Source: Candidatus Bathyarchaeia archaeon (lineage in GTDB: Archaea > Thermoproteota > Bathyarchaeia > 40CM-2-53-6). From it: DNA of 64,000 nucleotides. A program made the translations under genes and the position numbers. Every line of letters starts with the position of its first letter. Positions within the stretch are counted from its first letter, which is position 1. Below, piece by piece: positions 19,011 to 28,917 of this stretch. Where the stretch lies: positions 416,001-480,000 of the forward strand of contig JBEKVV010000001.1 of NCBI GenBank assembly GCA_049513715.1, read 5' to 3'. The notes beneath the pieces are model-generated. The model made no database searches. It had not been told where the DNA came from and worked only from the letters and a program-made list of their open reading frames with translations.

Positions 19011-20825
19011 TTGGCTCATTCTTTCTCGAAACGTATCAGCGGGACGACTCCTTACTACAATTTGGTTAGGCGTGTGGCCTTTCCCTCAACGAGAGCCATA
19101 ATCGAATCAACAGTTCTATTCACTACAATCGGGATTGGGCTTTCATTTCTGATCGCTCAACGGTCGGCACAAGCTTTCGTTCTTGGGGCTGCGTGGGGTG
19201 TCCTGATCCTTGCCGTCCCATCGTTCATCTCGGATATCGTTCTGTATTTCTCTATGATGAAGGAGGACCCCTTGTTCTATTTCCGAAGGTGTCTCGCCCT
19301 CTCATTGTTCACAATAACCACATGGGTTATCGTGTTCATCGTGGCCTCAATGATTGCTCTCGCAGATCCTCGATTTCTCTTCCCCGACTTCGCTGTCATC
19401 GTCGGCCTTTTCGCAGTAATTCCATTCCGCGCTCTCGCCGTCTTCTCCATGTCAAGGACAAGTTTCGCTAAGAGAACTCTGTTCACATTCATGGAGCCGA
19501 TGCTGACTGCTTTAATGGTCGTTCCAGTGTTCGGTGTGTCGGTGCTCAGAGTTGCGACGGGCCTCGTTATCGCATCCATTGCTGGTTTGACGTTCGCTTT
19601 CGCGCTGATAACTATCGTCGAAACCTACGGCCGTGAGTCAATCGGCTTCTCACCCATCCGAATGTTCAGAGCGTTCTTGACGGATTGGCTCGAAGGCGAG
19701 AACGAAGAACTTGAAACCTACCTCACCGAATTGGGGGTCGAAACAGAGTTAGATGTTGCAGCGTTCGCCTTCCGCCGCAAAACGACATCAAAGATCAAGG
19801 GCGTCATGCTTGTATCGAATTTTCATCCGGGGCCATTCTTGAACATTGGGAGCAGTGTCCTGCCCTTTCTATTTCAATCCGTGATGAAGAAGAGACTAAA
19901 CGCTATTGGATTAGTTCCTCACGGAGTGTCAGGGCATGAACTTAACCTGGTCTCGCAAGAGCAAAATGCTCGCATTATAAGCTGGGTTCTTAGTAATCTG
20001 GAACAGGCGTCATACAACGGCGAAGCGACCCCTGTGACTCGGTCCAAGAACGAAATTGCGACAGCAACGTCTCAAGTTTTCGACGGATGCGCCCTAGTGA
20101 CTATGACTGCTGCACCGTACGATATGGAAGATGTGCCCTCACAGGTCGCGAATAGAATCTCCGGCCTAACCAAAGGGCGATTTCGTCATGTTGCTCTGAT
20201 TGACGCCCACAACTGCCTAACGGGACCAACGGTAATGGACTCAGCGACCATTGGAGCATTACAAGAGGCCGCGCTGGCCTCTCTTCAAGTGTCCGCCGAG
20301 CAGGAAGCAAACGCGTTCAAAGTCGGTGTGGCAAGGAAAGTTCCCGACGGTTTCAAGTTGAAGGATGGTTTTGGCCCAGGCGGAATATCGGTGGTAGGGA
20401 TCGAAGCAAACGGGCAGCGTTTCGCGTACGTGAGCATAGACGGGAACAATATGGTTAAGGGATTGCGAGAGGAAATTCTTGAAAGGGTCAGGGGTGTCGG
20501 GTTCGACGACGGAGAAGTCATGACTACTGATACCCACATGGTAAATGGCATAGTTCACGCACGGCTCGGCTATCATTTAGTTGGTGAAGTAGTTCCCAGG
20601 CAGCAATTGCTTGATGAAATCACGGCAACCTGCCGCGAAGCCATGAGTGACCTGGAAGCATGTGAGGTCGGAGTCGTTTCCGGACAGGTTCCCGTGACCA
20701 CGCTCGGAACCAAATCCCTAAGACGAGTAATGAGCTTGGTATACCGAATTTCGAAGTTCACTGCACTTACGTTATTCCCAATGGTTGTGGCAATCACGAT
20801 CATATCGTTGCTCTTTTTGGTGTAA
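19011..20825 (+). CDS. DUF2070-family membrane protein
   Basis: N-terminal multi-TM region, then HPGPF, PHGVSGHELN, IDAHN, DGNN, TTDTH and a C-terminal TM helix. Confidence 0.8.
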   Translation: MAHSFSKRISGTTPYYNLVRRVAFPSTRAIIESTVLFTTIGIGLSFLIAQRSAQAFVLGAAWGVLILAVPSFISDIVLYFSMMKEDPLFYFRRCLALSLFTITTWVIVFIVASMIALADPRFLFPDFAVIVGLFAVIPFRALAVFSMSRTSFAKRTLFTFMEPMLTALMVVPVFGVSVLRVATGLVIASIAGLTFAFALITIVETYGRESIGFSPIRMFRAFLTDWLEGENEELETYLTELGVETELDVAAFAFRRKTTSKIKGVMLVSNFHPGPFLNIGSSVLPFLFQSVMKKRLNAIGLVPHGVSGHELNLVSQEQNARIISWVLSNLEQASYNGEATPVTRSKNEIATATSQVFDGCALVTMTAAPYDMEDVPSQVANRISGLTKGRFRHVALIDAHNCLTGPTVMDSATIGALQEAALASLQVSAEQEANAFKVGVARKVPDGFKLKDGFGPGGISVVGIEANGQRFAYVSIDGNNMVKGLREEILERVRGVGFDDGEVMTTDTHMVNGIVHARLGYHLVGEVVPRQQLLDEITATCREAMSDLEACEVGVVSGQVPVTTLGTKSLRRVMSLVYRISKFTALTLFPMVVAITIISLLFLV

Positions 20826-20828
20826 TAC

Positions 20829-21899
20829 ATGATTCCCGTGATTCCTCGCAATTCGCATTACATGCAGCTGCCTCGCGAGGTCTTGATTGGCGACAACGTC
20901 GCTCCCTTGGTCGGTATGGCCCTCACACGGCTTGGCTTTCACGGACCTGCGCTGGTCGTAACAGGACATAAGGTCATTTCGATCGCAGGAGACATTGTCT
21001 TAGACTCGCTCAAACGTGCAGGATTCAAGTCATCAACTATCGTTGCAGAAAACGCTACTACCTCTCAGGTCACTCGAGTTCAACGTGAAATTCGCCGTCT
21101 CAAACCAGACATCGTAGTAGGCGTTGGGGGTGGCAAGGACATCGATGTCGCAAAACTGAGCAGCATGAAGGCCGGAAGAAGGTTTGTGAGCGTCCCCACA
21201 GCCGCCTCACATGACGGCATCGCCAGCCCGCTCGTTTCAATGAAAGGACTAAACCGACCCTACTCATACGCAGCACACGCCCCAATAGCGATCGTCGCCG
21301 ACACGTCAATTATTGCCAAGTCACCGTACCGGCTAATCGCCAGCGGCTGTGGAGACGTAGTCGCAAAATACACTGCGGTGAGGGACTGGAAGCTTGCGCA
21401 CCGAATCAAAAACGAGTACTACGGCGACTACGCAGCTGAACTTGCACTGATGAGTTCGCGTCTAGTTATGCGGAACGCGAGTAGCATTCGGGCGATTTCA
21501 GATTCAGGGATAAGAACCCTGGTTGAGGCTCTGATTAGCTGTGGAGTTGCAATGAGCATTGCCGGAACGAGTCGCCCGTGCAGTGGAGCCGAGCACCTCT
21601 TCAGTCACGCCCTCGCGATGATTGCGCCCAAGCCTGCTCTGCATGGAGAACAGGTCGGGGTCGGTACGATTATGTGCGCTTACTTACATGGTGGAAACTG
21701 GCAACTGATCAAGGAAGTCATGCACACAATCGGCGGGCCAACTACCGCTAAAGAGCTTGGTATTGCCCCAGAATACATTCTAGAAGCGTTAACAAAAGCT
21801 CACTCGATCAGGCCCGAGCGGTACACGATACTTGGTGAGAGTGGACTCACGAAGGATGCTGCACGCAGAGTAGCTACCATCACGGGCGTCATTGACTGA
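20829..21899 (+). CDS. egsA: sn-glycerol-1-phosphate dehydrogenase
   Basis: GVGGGKDIDVAK, VPTAASHDGIAS, SRPCSGAEHLFSH, LHGEQVG, RPERYTILG. Confidence 0.96.
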   Translation: MIPVIPRNSHYMQLPREVLIGDNVAPLVGMALTRLGFHGPALVVTGHKVISIAGDIVLDSLKRAGFKSSTIVAENATTSQVTRVQREIRRLKPDIVVGVGGGKDIDVAKLSSMKAGRRFVSVPTAASHDGIASPLVSMKGLNRPYSYAAHAPIAIVADTSIIAKSPYRLIASGCGDVVAKYTAVRDWKLAHRIKNEYYGDYAAELALMSSRLVMRNASSIRAISDSGIRTLVEALISCGVAMSIAGTSRPCSGAEHLFSHALAMIAPKPALHGEQVGVGTIMCAYLHGGNWQLIKEVMHTIGGPTTAKELGIAPEYILEALTKAHSIRPERYTILGESGLTKDAARRVATITGVID

Positions 21900-21984
21900 C
21901 ACAAGTGACACCGACGATCCAGCGCATGCGATTGACGAGCATTTCTTTTAGGACACTGTGATAACGTAATCAAGAGCAACTCGT

Positions 21985-23715
21985 ATGTCGGCTGAGATTG
22001 AGGTCAAAGTTCGGAAGGCAGCTATGCTAAACGCTGCCAAGCATGAAGGGAAGGCTGACCCAAACGCTGTACTCGGAAGCCTTCTTGGAGATAACGCTGA
22101 ACTTCGCAAACAAGCCAAGGACTTGATTCCCCTAATTCAGCGTGTTGTTCAAGAAATCAACTCCAAATCCTTTGAGGAACTCACTGCAACTGCGAGGCAG
22201 AGTTGGCCTGAAGAATTTGACAAGGAACGGGTTGAAGAGAAGAGGCAGCTTCCACCGCTGCCAAACGCCGAGAAATATTCGATGATTGTGACCAGACTTG
22301 CGCCAAATCCCGACTTCGTTCTTCATGTTGGCAACGCTAGGGCTGCAATTTTGAGCCATGACTACGCGAGAATGTACAGGGGCAAGTTCATTGTTCGATT
22401 CGAGGATACGGACCCGAGGCTGAAGAAAGCCCAACTTCAGTACTACGACATGATCAGAGAGGACTTGAAGTGGCTCGGCTGCGAGTGGGATGAGGAATAC
22501 ATTCAGAGCGACCGGTTGCCGACGTACTATGAGGTCGGCCAGACTCTTCTGACGAAAGGGGCCGCTTACATTTGCGAGTGTCAACCGGAAAAGTTCCGAG
22601 AGCTGGTCAACACGAACAGGGCTTGCCCCGACCGCGACCTGACAACCGCTGAGCAACAGCGACGCTGGGAGAAGATGCTCAAGGGCGGTTACGGAGAAGG
22701 TGGAGCGGTGTACCGCGTGAAAACGGATTTGACCCACCCCAACCCTGCAGTGAGGGATTGGCCAGCTTTCAGGGTGATAGACACCATCAAGTACTCGCAC
22801 CCCCGCGTGGGTTCGAAGTATGGCGTTTGGCCTCTCTACAACCTCGCTTCGGGGGTTGATGACCATGCGCTTGGGATTACCCACGTGATAAGGGGGAAGG
22901 AGCATCTGACCAACATGGCCCGGCAGTTGTTCCTTTACGACCATCTGAGCTGGAAATATCCTGAGGCAGTCCATTATGGTAGGCTTAAGGTTGAAGGCGT
23001 GACGCTGAGCAAGTCGAAACTCATGAAGGGTCTCGAAACAGGCGAATATTCAGGGGTGGACGACCCAAGACTAGGTACACTCGCGGCATTGCGAAGGCGA
23101 GGCTACCTAGCTGAGACAATTCGTAAGCTCATCTGGGACATTGGCCCGAAACCTGTCGACGTGACCATAAGCTGGGATAACATCAACTCACAAAACCGCA
23201 AACTCATCGACCCCACCTCACATAGATACTTCTTCGCCCCAAACCCAATCAAAACCAAGGTCATAGGGGTACCGAAAACGTACGACATTCACCAGCCCCT
23301 GCACCCTCAACACCCTGAAAGCGGAACGCGTAAGCTGACAGTGCAAGAGAGCAACGGCGAAGCCACATTGTACCTAGCAGGCTCTGATAGGTCGCTGCTT
23401 TCATCGGAGAGGACGATACGCCTAATGGGCCTCTTCAACATCAAAGCCAAACTCTTGAACAGTGAGGCTGTAGGACAGTTTCTCGGTGAAGGCGCCGCAG
23501 AGGCTCGAGAAGCCCCGATAGTGCAATGGGTCCCATCAGGCGAAAACGCGTCTGTTGATGTGGTTCTGCCCGACGCCACGACCCAAGCCGGCCTAGCCGA
23601 GGCTGGATTTAGAGCCGAACCTGAGGGGTCAATTGTGCAATTTGTTAGGTTCGGTTTTGGCCGGGTAGACAAGGTTTCATCTGAGAAGATCACTGTGTAC
23701 TTTGCACATCAATAA
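21985..23715 (+). CDS. gltX: Glutamate--tRNA ligase (archaeal; non-discriminating inferred from gatDE)
   Basis: RLAPNPDFVLHVGN, RFEDTDP, THVIRGKEH, LSKS, VQFVRFGF. Confidence 0.96.
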   Translation: MSAEIEVKVRKAAMLNAAKHEGKADPNAVLGSLLGDNAELRKQAKDLIPLIQRVVQEINSKSFEELTATARQSWPEEFDKERVEEKRQLPPLPNAEKYSMIVTRLAPNPDFVLHVGNARAAILSHDYARMYRGKFIVRFEDTDPRLKKAQLQYYDMIREDLKWLGCEWDEEYIQSDRLPTYYEVGQTLLTKGAAYICECQPEKFRELVNTNRACPDRDLTTAEQQRRWEKMLKGGYGEGGAVYRVKTDLTHPNPAVRDWPAFRVIDTIKYSHPRVGSKYGVWPLYNLASGVDDHALGITHVIRGKEHLTNMARQLFLYDHLSWKYPEAVHYGRLKVEGVTLSKSKLMKGLETGEYSGVDDPRLGTLAALRRRGYLAETIRKLIWDIGPKPVDVTISWDNINSQNRKLIDPTSHRYFFAPNPIKTKVIGVPKTYDIHQPLHPQHPESGTRKLTVQESNGEATLYLAGSDRSLLSSERTIRLMGLFNIKAKLLNSEAVGQFLGEGAAEAREAPIVQWVPSGENASVDVVLPDATTQAGLAEAGFRAEPEGSIVQFVRFGFGRVDKVSSEKITVYFAHQ

Positions 23716-23730
23716 CCGCCTGGGTCAGCA

Positions 23731-24021
23731 ATGTCACAATCCCCATCAGCCATGACCAAAGAGGAACTCTGGAAAGTGCTAGTGGACACTGCACACGCGC
23801 TGACTATGTACAAGAACCACAAACGGTATGTCGAAGACGTCATGCTCAAGGAGAAACCTGACATATCTCCGCAGGAGCTCGCCATTCAAATCAACGTCAC
23901 ATTAGGAGAGTCAATTGTTATTTTGGATGAGCTCCGTGGCGGAGAAATCCCCCCAAAGCCTGCGGAGCCGACAAACGCGCAGAAAACATCGGACCGAACG
24001 CTGTTCGAGTTCAGTCGCTAG
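23731..24021 (+). CDS. Hypothetical protein
   Basis: 96-aa ORF filling the gap between gltX and the next gene, co-oriented. Confidence 0.65.
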   Translation: MSQSPSAMTKEELWKVLVDTAHALTMYKNHKRYVEDVMLKEKPDISPQELAIQINVTLGESIVILDELRGGEIPPKPAEPTNAQKTSDRTLFEFSR

Positions 24022-24030
24022 ATTAATCCA

Positions 24031-24705
24031 ATGCATTTGCATTTCGGCGTGATTGGTTTGAGGGTCGAAGTCGAGCCTTCTCTCATGGCAAAACATGCAG
24101 GGCTGGTGGCACTGGTGACTTCTTTCCAAAATCTTGTGATTAGGCAGACTTCTCCTGATTTGGAGAAGCTGAAGCAAGAAGTAACAGCAGACGTAAAGGC
24201 CAAGTATACACTTGACAGACTGAAGGATGTACCTATAATCCATGCGTACAGGGACTTCTTTTGGAGAGTGGGAATCGACCCGACCAAGATTCGACCAGCC
24301 GCCGAGGCGTTGATTCGCCGTATTCTTGCTGGAAAAACGCTCCCCACAATTAACACGCTGGTGGATGCTTACAATCTGGCTTCAATCACAACCTGTATCG
24401 CCCTAGCGGCGTTCGACGAATCGAAACTTCAAGGCTCACTGCTAATGCGCTCGGCCAACGCTGGCGAAGATTTTCTCGGAATCGGCATGAACAGGCCGAT
24501 GCTGCTGAATGGTGGAGAGATAGTTGTTTCGGACAGCCACAAGCTGATTGCCGTTTACCCCTATCGCGACGCTGACCAAAGCAAAGTTACGGGCGCAACG
24601 AGAAGCATGACGCTGATGGTATGTGGTTGCCCCGGGATCAGCGAGGAAACACTTCTTCAGGCTGAGAGAACTGCAAAGGACTTCATAACGAGATTTTGCG
24701 CTTGA
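24031..24705 (+). CDS. Stand-alone B3/B4 tRNA-binding/editing domain protein
   Basis: AYRDFFWRVGIDPTKIRPAAEALIRR, INTLVDAYNLAS. Confidence 0.85.
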   Translation: MHLHFGVIGLRVEVEPSLMAKHAGLVALVTSFQNLVIRQTSPDLEKLKQEVTADVKAKYTLDRLKDVPIIHAYRDFFWRVGIDPTKIRPAAEALIRRILAGKTLPTINTLVDAYNLASITTCIALAAFDESKLQGSLLMRSANAGEDFLGIGMNRPMLLNGGEIVVSDSHKLIAVYPYRDADQSKVTGATRSMTLMVCGCPGISEETLLQAERTAKDFITRFCA

Positions 24706-24846
24706 GGATAGCGAATCACCCGATTAAGCAGTCGTCCAATGTCATCTGGGCGGTCTTCCGAATGGTCAGAGCGGCCAGTCGGCCGTTACCGACAGTAAAT
24801 TTATATTCAGGATATTTTACCCCAAGTAACAATTCGGTGAATAATA

Positions 24847-26490
24847 ATGTCCCAGCAAAATATCCCCGTATTAATTCTCAAGGAAGGAACTCAACGTACG
24901 CAAGGCAGAGATGCACAACGCAATAACATTCTCGCAGCCAAAGTCGTTTCTGAAACCGTCCGAACCACACTCGGCCCACGAGGCATGGACAAGATGCTCG
25001 TGAGCGGCATCGGTGATGTGGTCATCACAAACGACGGCGCTACCATCATGAAAGAACTTGACGTCCAGCATCCCGCAGCGAAAATGCTCGTTGAAGTTGC
25101 CAAGACCCAAGATAATGAGGTCGGCGATGGAACGACAACCGCGGTTGTCTTAACAGGTGAGCTTTTGGAGAAGGCTGAAGCGCTGCTGGACAAGGATGTC
25201 CACCCCACCGTTATCGTCGAGGGGTACAAGAAAGCAGCCGATAAGGCCAGGGAAATTCTAGACACCCTCAGTGAAACGATCGACATCAACAACGCGGAAA
25301 CTCTAACAAGAATCGCCATGACCGCCATGAGCACGAAGGGGGTCACAGGTGCCAAAGACCACCTGGCCAAGATCGCCGTCGACGGAGCCCTCCAAGTCAA
25401 AGAGGTTAAGGATGGTAAGACAAAGGTCGACGTGGACTTGGTTAAGGTTCTGAAGAAGCATGGAAAGAGTTTGGAGGAAACCGAACTTGTCCGAGGAATC
25501 GTAATTGACAAGGAAATAGCTCACTCACAAATGCCGAAACGAACCCAAAACGCCAAAATCGCTCTTCTCAACGCCAAACTGGAGATCGAGAAGACCGAGT
25601 TCGATGCGAAAATTAACATCAACAGCCCCGACCAGATGAAACTCTTTCTAGACGAAGAGGAGCGCATGCTCAAGGAAATGACCGACGGGGTGGTTGAAAG
25701 CGGAGCAAACTTCGTTTTCTGCGAGAAATCCATCGACGACGTAGCACTACACTTCCTCTCCAAGAAGGGCGTCGCCGCAGTCAAGAACGTCAGCAGCGGA
25801 GACATGGAAAAACTGGCCAAAGCAACTGGCGCCAAGATCGTCGCCAGCATCAAAGACCTATCCTCAGCATCACTTGGAGAAGCCAAGATTATTGAGGAAA
25901 GTAAGATCGGAGACGACAAACTCATCTACGTTAGAGACGCCAAGAACCCCATGGCTGTCACCGTTGTGGTTCGTGGCGGAACAGAACACGTAGTCGACGA
26001 GGCCGAAAGGTCGTTGCATGATGCACTCTGCGTGGTACGAGACGCAATCGAAGACGGGAAGATCCTTGCAGGCGGAGGAGCGCCAGAGGCTGAAACAGCC
26101 AAACAACTCCGCGACTATGCCGTCAAAGTAGGTGGACGTGAGCAATTGGCCGTTGAGGCATTCGCTGACGCCATTGAAAGCGTCCCACTCGCACTAGCCG
26201 AGAACGCAGGACTCGACCCCATCGATGTAATGGTCGACCTCCGAGCCAAACACGAAGACCCTAACAACAAATGGTACGGCGTTGACGTGTTCGCTGGCGG
26301 AGTCAAAAACATGCATGACCTAAACGTCCTAGAACCACTCCGTGTCAAGCTCCAAGTCGTGAAATCTGCGACCGAAGCAGCCTCAATGATACTGAGAATC
26401 GATGACGTAGTTGCATCGAAGGGCGGTAAGGGAGGCAGGCCACCTATGCCACCTGGCGGACCAGGCGGAATGGGCGGCGGTGACTTCTAA
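24847..26490 (+). CDS. Thermosome (group II chaperonin) subunit
   Basis: TLGPRGMDKML, ITNDGATI, GDGTTT, GGGAPE, GGM-rich tail. Confidence 0.97.
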   Translation: MSQQNIPVLILKEGTQRTQGRDAQRNNILAAKVVSETVRTTLGPRGMDKMLVSGIGDVVITNDGATIMKELDVQHPAAKMLVEVAKTQDNEVGDGTTTAVVLTGELLEKAEALLDKDVHPTVIVEGYKKAADKAREILDTLSETIDINNAETLTRIAMTAMSTKGVTGAKDHLAKIAVDGALQVKEVKDGKTKVDVDLVKVLKKHGKSLEETELVRGIVIDKEIAHSQMPKRTQNAKIALLNAKLEIEKTEFDAKININSPDQMKLFLDEEERMLKEMTDGVVESGANFVFCEKSIDDVALHFLSKKGVAAVKNVSSGDMEKLAKATGAKIVASIKDLSSASLGEAKIIEESKIGDDKLIYVRDAKNPMAVTVVVRGGTEHVVDEAERSLHDALCVVRDAIEDGKILAGGGAPEAETAKQLRDYAVKVGGREQLAVEAFADAIESVPLALAENAGLDPIDVMVDLRAKHEDPNNKWYGVDVFAGGVKNMHDLNVLEPLRVKLQVVKSATEAASMILRIDDVVASKGGKGGRPPMPPGGPGGMGGGDF

Positions 26491-26504
26491 GCCGATCCTC
26501 CTAT

Positions 26505-26520
26505 CCTTTTTCTTTCTTTT
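26505..26520 (+). terminator. T-rich archaeal terminator after the thermosome gene
   Basis: TCCTTTTTTTCTTTCTTTT-like pyrimidine tract immediately after the stop codon. Confidence 0.5.
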
Positions 26521-26591
26521 CGAGCCTCTTCCTCATTCTCATTGAAGCTAAGTAGCACAGCTAATACTCAGCCTACGTAGGTTCGGAAGGG

Positions 26592-27707
26592 TTGGCTGTT
26601 TCAGCAGAACCAGTAGTGATTGTTGCGTCAGCGGAGTTTGCGTTGAAGAGCTCGCCCGTTCGACGAACCTTGGAGGATCGGCTTGTGGATGACCTAAGGA
26701 GCATGCTTGCTAAAGCAGGTTTTGCAGGTTTTTCCATTGAGAAACACGCTGCCAGAGTCGTGATAAGAGGCATCGGGGATGCAACCTTTGCCGCTCGATG
26801 CTGCGCAAAGGTCTTTGGCGTCGCGTATGCTGCGCCAGCAACGCTCCTTCCAGCCTCAATGGATGATGTTAATGTGGCAATCACCAAGGCCGCGGAGGAA
26901 AGTCTTGTGAAAGGACAGTCCTTCGCGATAAGAGCCCACCGTTCCTCGCCCAGCCCTCTCTCAAGGCGAGACATTGAGGTTCAGGGGGGTTCAGAGGTCC
27001 TCCGTGCCTTGAATGATAGAAACCCGAAGGTCGACCTTAGGCATCCAGACGTGACCATACTGGTTGACCTCGCGGGCGACCGTGCCTACGTCTACCGAAG
27101 CAAACTCCAGGGGCCAGGAGGGCTACCGCTTTCCTCGCAGTGGAAGATGTTGGCGATACTGGACTCGGGGCCACTGTCGATTCTCGCCGCATATGCGATG
27201 ATGCGACGAGGATGCCTGGTAGAGCTCCTGGTTCCCATATCTCAGAAGAGGGCGCTTTTTGAGAAGGAACGACAACTCCGGTGTGCGCGGATTCTAGGAG
27301 CATTCGTCGCCCGACCGAACTACAAAGCTTTCTTGCTGGATTTCGACGGACAACTCGCAGGTAAAGTCGAAGAGAATCCAAGCTATGCGGAATGCCGGCA
27401 TCTGGCACGGAGGATGGGTGTGCAGTTCGCAGGGCAGAAGAAGTTCAGAGGTATAGTCTTCTCCGATGTGGTGGGTGAGATCCTGCCTGAATCACAGATG
27501 CAGGACGCTACCAAGGCCGTGCCAGTTTTCACGCCTCTAATTGGAATGGATAAGGGAGACCTAGAGGACCTCTGTGCGTTGACGGGCATCGCGCGAGAGG
27601 ATCTGTCTTTGCAACTCGAACTCGAAAAAGACCCTTCAGAAGCAATCGGTCGAATGCCTGAGTTGGGGATCTTGACTGATGATGCGGTTCAAGAGCTCTT
27701 GTTCTAG
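26592..27707 (+). CDS. THUMP-domain ThiI-like protein with a degenerate PP-loop
   Basis: EFALKSSPVRRTLE, KVFGV, SFAIRAHR, KVDLRHPD, GPGGLP. PP-loop reads LDSGPLS instead of LSGGxDS. Confidence 0.8.
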   Translation: MAVSAEPVVIVASAEFALKSSPVRRTLEDRLVDDLRSMLAKAGFAGFSIEKHAARVVIRGIGDATFAARCCAKVFGVAYAAPATLLPASMDDVNVAITKAAEESLVKGQSFAIRAHRSSPSPLSRRDIEVQGGSEVLRALNDRNPKVDLRHPDVTILVDLAGDRAYVYRSKLQGPGGLPLSSQWKMLAILDSGPLSILAAYAMMRRGCLVELLVPISQKRALFEKERQLRCARILGAFVARPNYKAFLLDFDGQLAGKVEENPSYAECRHLARRMGVQFAGQKKFRGIVFSDVVGEILPESQMQDATKAVPVFTPLIGMDKGDLEDLCALTGIAREDLSLQLELEKDPSEAIGRMPELGILTDDAVQELLF

Positions 27708-28915
27708 GCTTCGGTTGCCAAGCCCATCACCAAATCACATGCTGTGGCGACGGCATGGATAGAGGCTGCAGCCTCCATAACACGTTGAGAGTTGGTCCGA
27801 TACTCATCGCTTCCCAGTATTCCTTCAACCGCCATACGCAAGGTTTCAATGTTCAACTTGTCCTGGTCTATCATCACGGCCACATGCAGGCTGACAGCTC
27901 TCCGAGCATTACTATACTGCTCCGTGTGGTCGGGGATAGGAACGAGGATCATTGGCTTTCCATATGAGAGTGATTTCATTATGGTTCCATGGCCTGCTCT
28001 GCTCACTACTATGTCACTCGCTTTGATGAAGTCGTCTTGGTTCTCAATCCAGTCGTAAACCCTCACACCGTTTCGCGAATACAGGCGTGCTCTACCACTC
28101 GGCTCGCCACGAGACATTACGACCGTGAATTTGCGTGAGATTTCGGGTAGCGCCTCAAGAAGAATGCGCGCTAGGATTTCGCGTTCGACCTTGGGGCCGC
28201 TTACCGCGGCGTATATGAGTGGCATTTTGTTGTCAAACCCCAGCCGACGCTTTGTCTGCTCTTGTTCATGTTTTGATGTCCGGTGTGTTTCCACGATTGG
28301 GCCTATGAGTTTCACTTTGCCGTTGTAGCTTCTTGGAATTGCGAGATTGTCTAGGGATATTGTGTATGGAGAGGGGAGGTCTGGGATGAGAATGAGTTGG
28401 CTTCGGCCCCAGACAAGTCCTATGGCTGTTCTGACGAAGCGCCAGCCGATATTTGCTATGACGAAAAACAGCCGGTCTAGGGGAGACAGACTGCGGCTGG
28501 ACGGGCGCCTGATGATTTCAACACTGAACTGATTCAGCATTAATGCAACCGGGATTCGCATCATCCTGGCCGCGATCAATGAAGATGCCCGGGAGTCCGA
28601 GAAGACTACGTCGGGTCTGAAATTCTTGAGAAATTGTATTTCACGCACGACTTGACGAAGAAGCATCCTAATGCCTAAGGAGAACCCGCTGGTCGCCGCC
28701 GTCATTTTGAAGTCTATTGTACCATCACTGGTGACTTTGAAATTGATCGGAACCGCCTCGTAAGTCGGTAGCTTGTTGTGCCGCGCATAGTCTAGTCCAT
28801 CGAGGTAGGTGGAGAAGACGGTTTCAATCCCGCGCCTGTTCAGTTCCGCGGCTATTGGGGCGGAGCGAGTCATGTGGCCTAGGCCGATTCCGCAAGGGGC
28901 CAGGTATACGCGCAA
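27704..28915 (-). CDS. GT-B glycosyltransferase (GT28/MurG-like)
   Basis: GIGLGHMTRS, VSRAGHGT, GKPMILVP, HTEQYSNA. Confidence 0.85.
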   Translation of the reverse strand: MRVYLAPCGIGLGHMTRSAPIAAELNRRGIETVFSTYLDGLDYARHNKLPTYEAVPINFKVTSDGTIDFKMTAATSGFSLGIRMLLRQVVREIQFLKNFRPDVVFSDSRASSLIAARMMRIPVALMLNQFSVEIIRRPSSRSLSPLDRLFFVIANIGWRFVRTAIGLVWGRSQLILIPDLPSPYTISLDNLAIPRSYNGKVKLIGPIVETHRTSKHEQEQTKRRLGFDNKMPLIYAAVSGPKVEREILARILLEALPEISRKFTVVMSRGEPSGRARLYSRNGVRVYDWIENQDDFIKASDIVVSRAGHGTIMKSLSYGKPMILVPIPDHTEQYSNARRAVSLHVAVMIDQDKLNIETLRMAVEGILGSDEYRTNSQRVMEAAASIHAVATACDLVMGLATEA

Positions 28916-28917
28916 GC

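Noticed and set aside
22132..22974. Long antisense or alternate-frame ORFs (also 24891-25511, 34965-35576, 41626-42339, 50341-50943, 50843-51373, 54252-54881)
   Set aside because: They shadow better-supported genes on the other strand and lack motifs.
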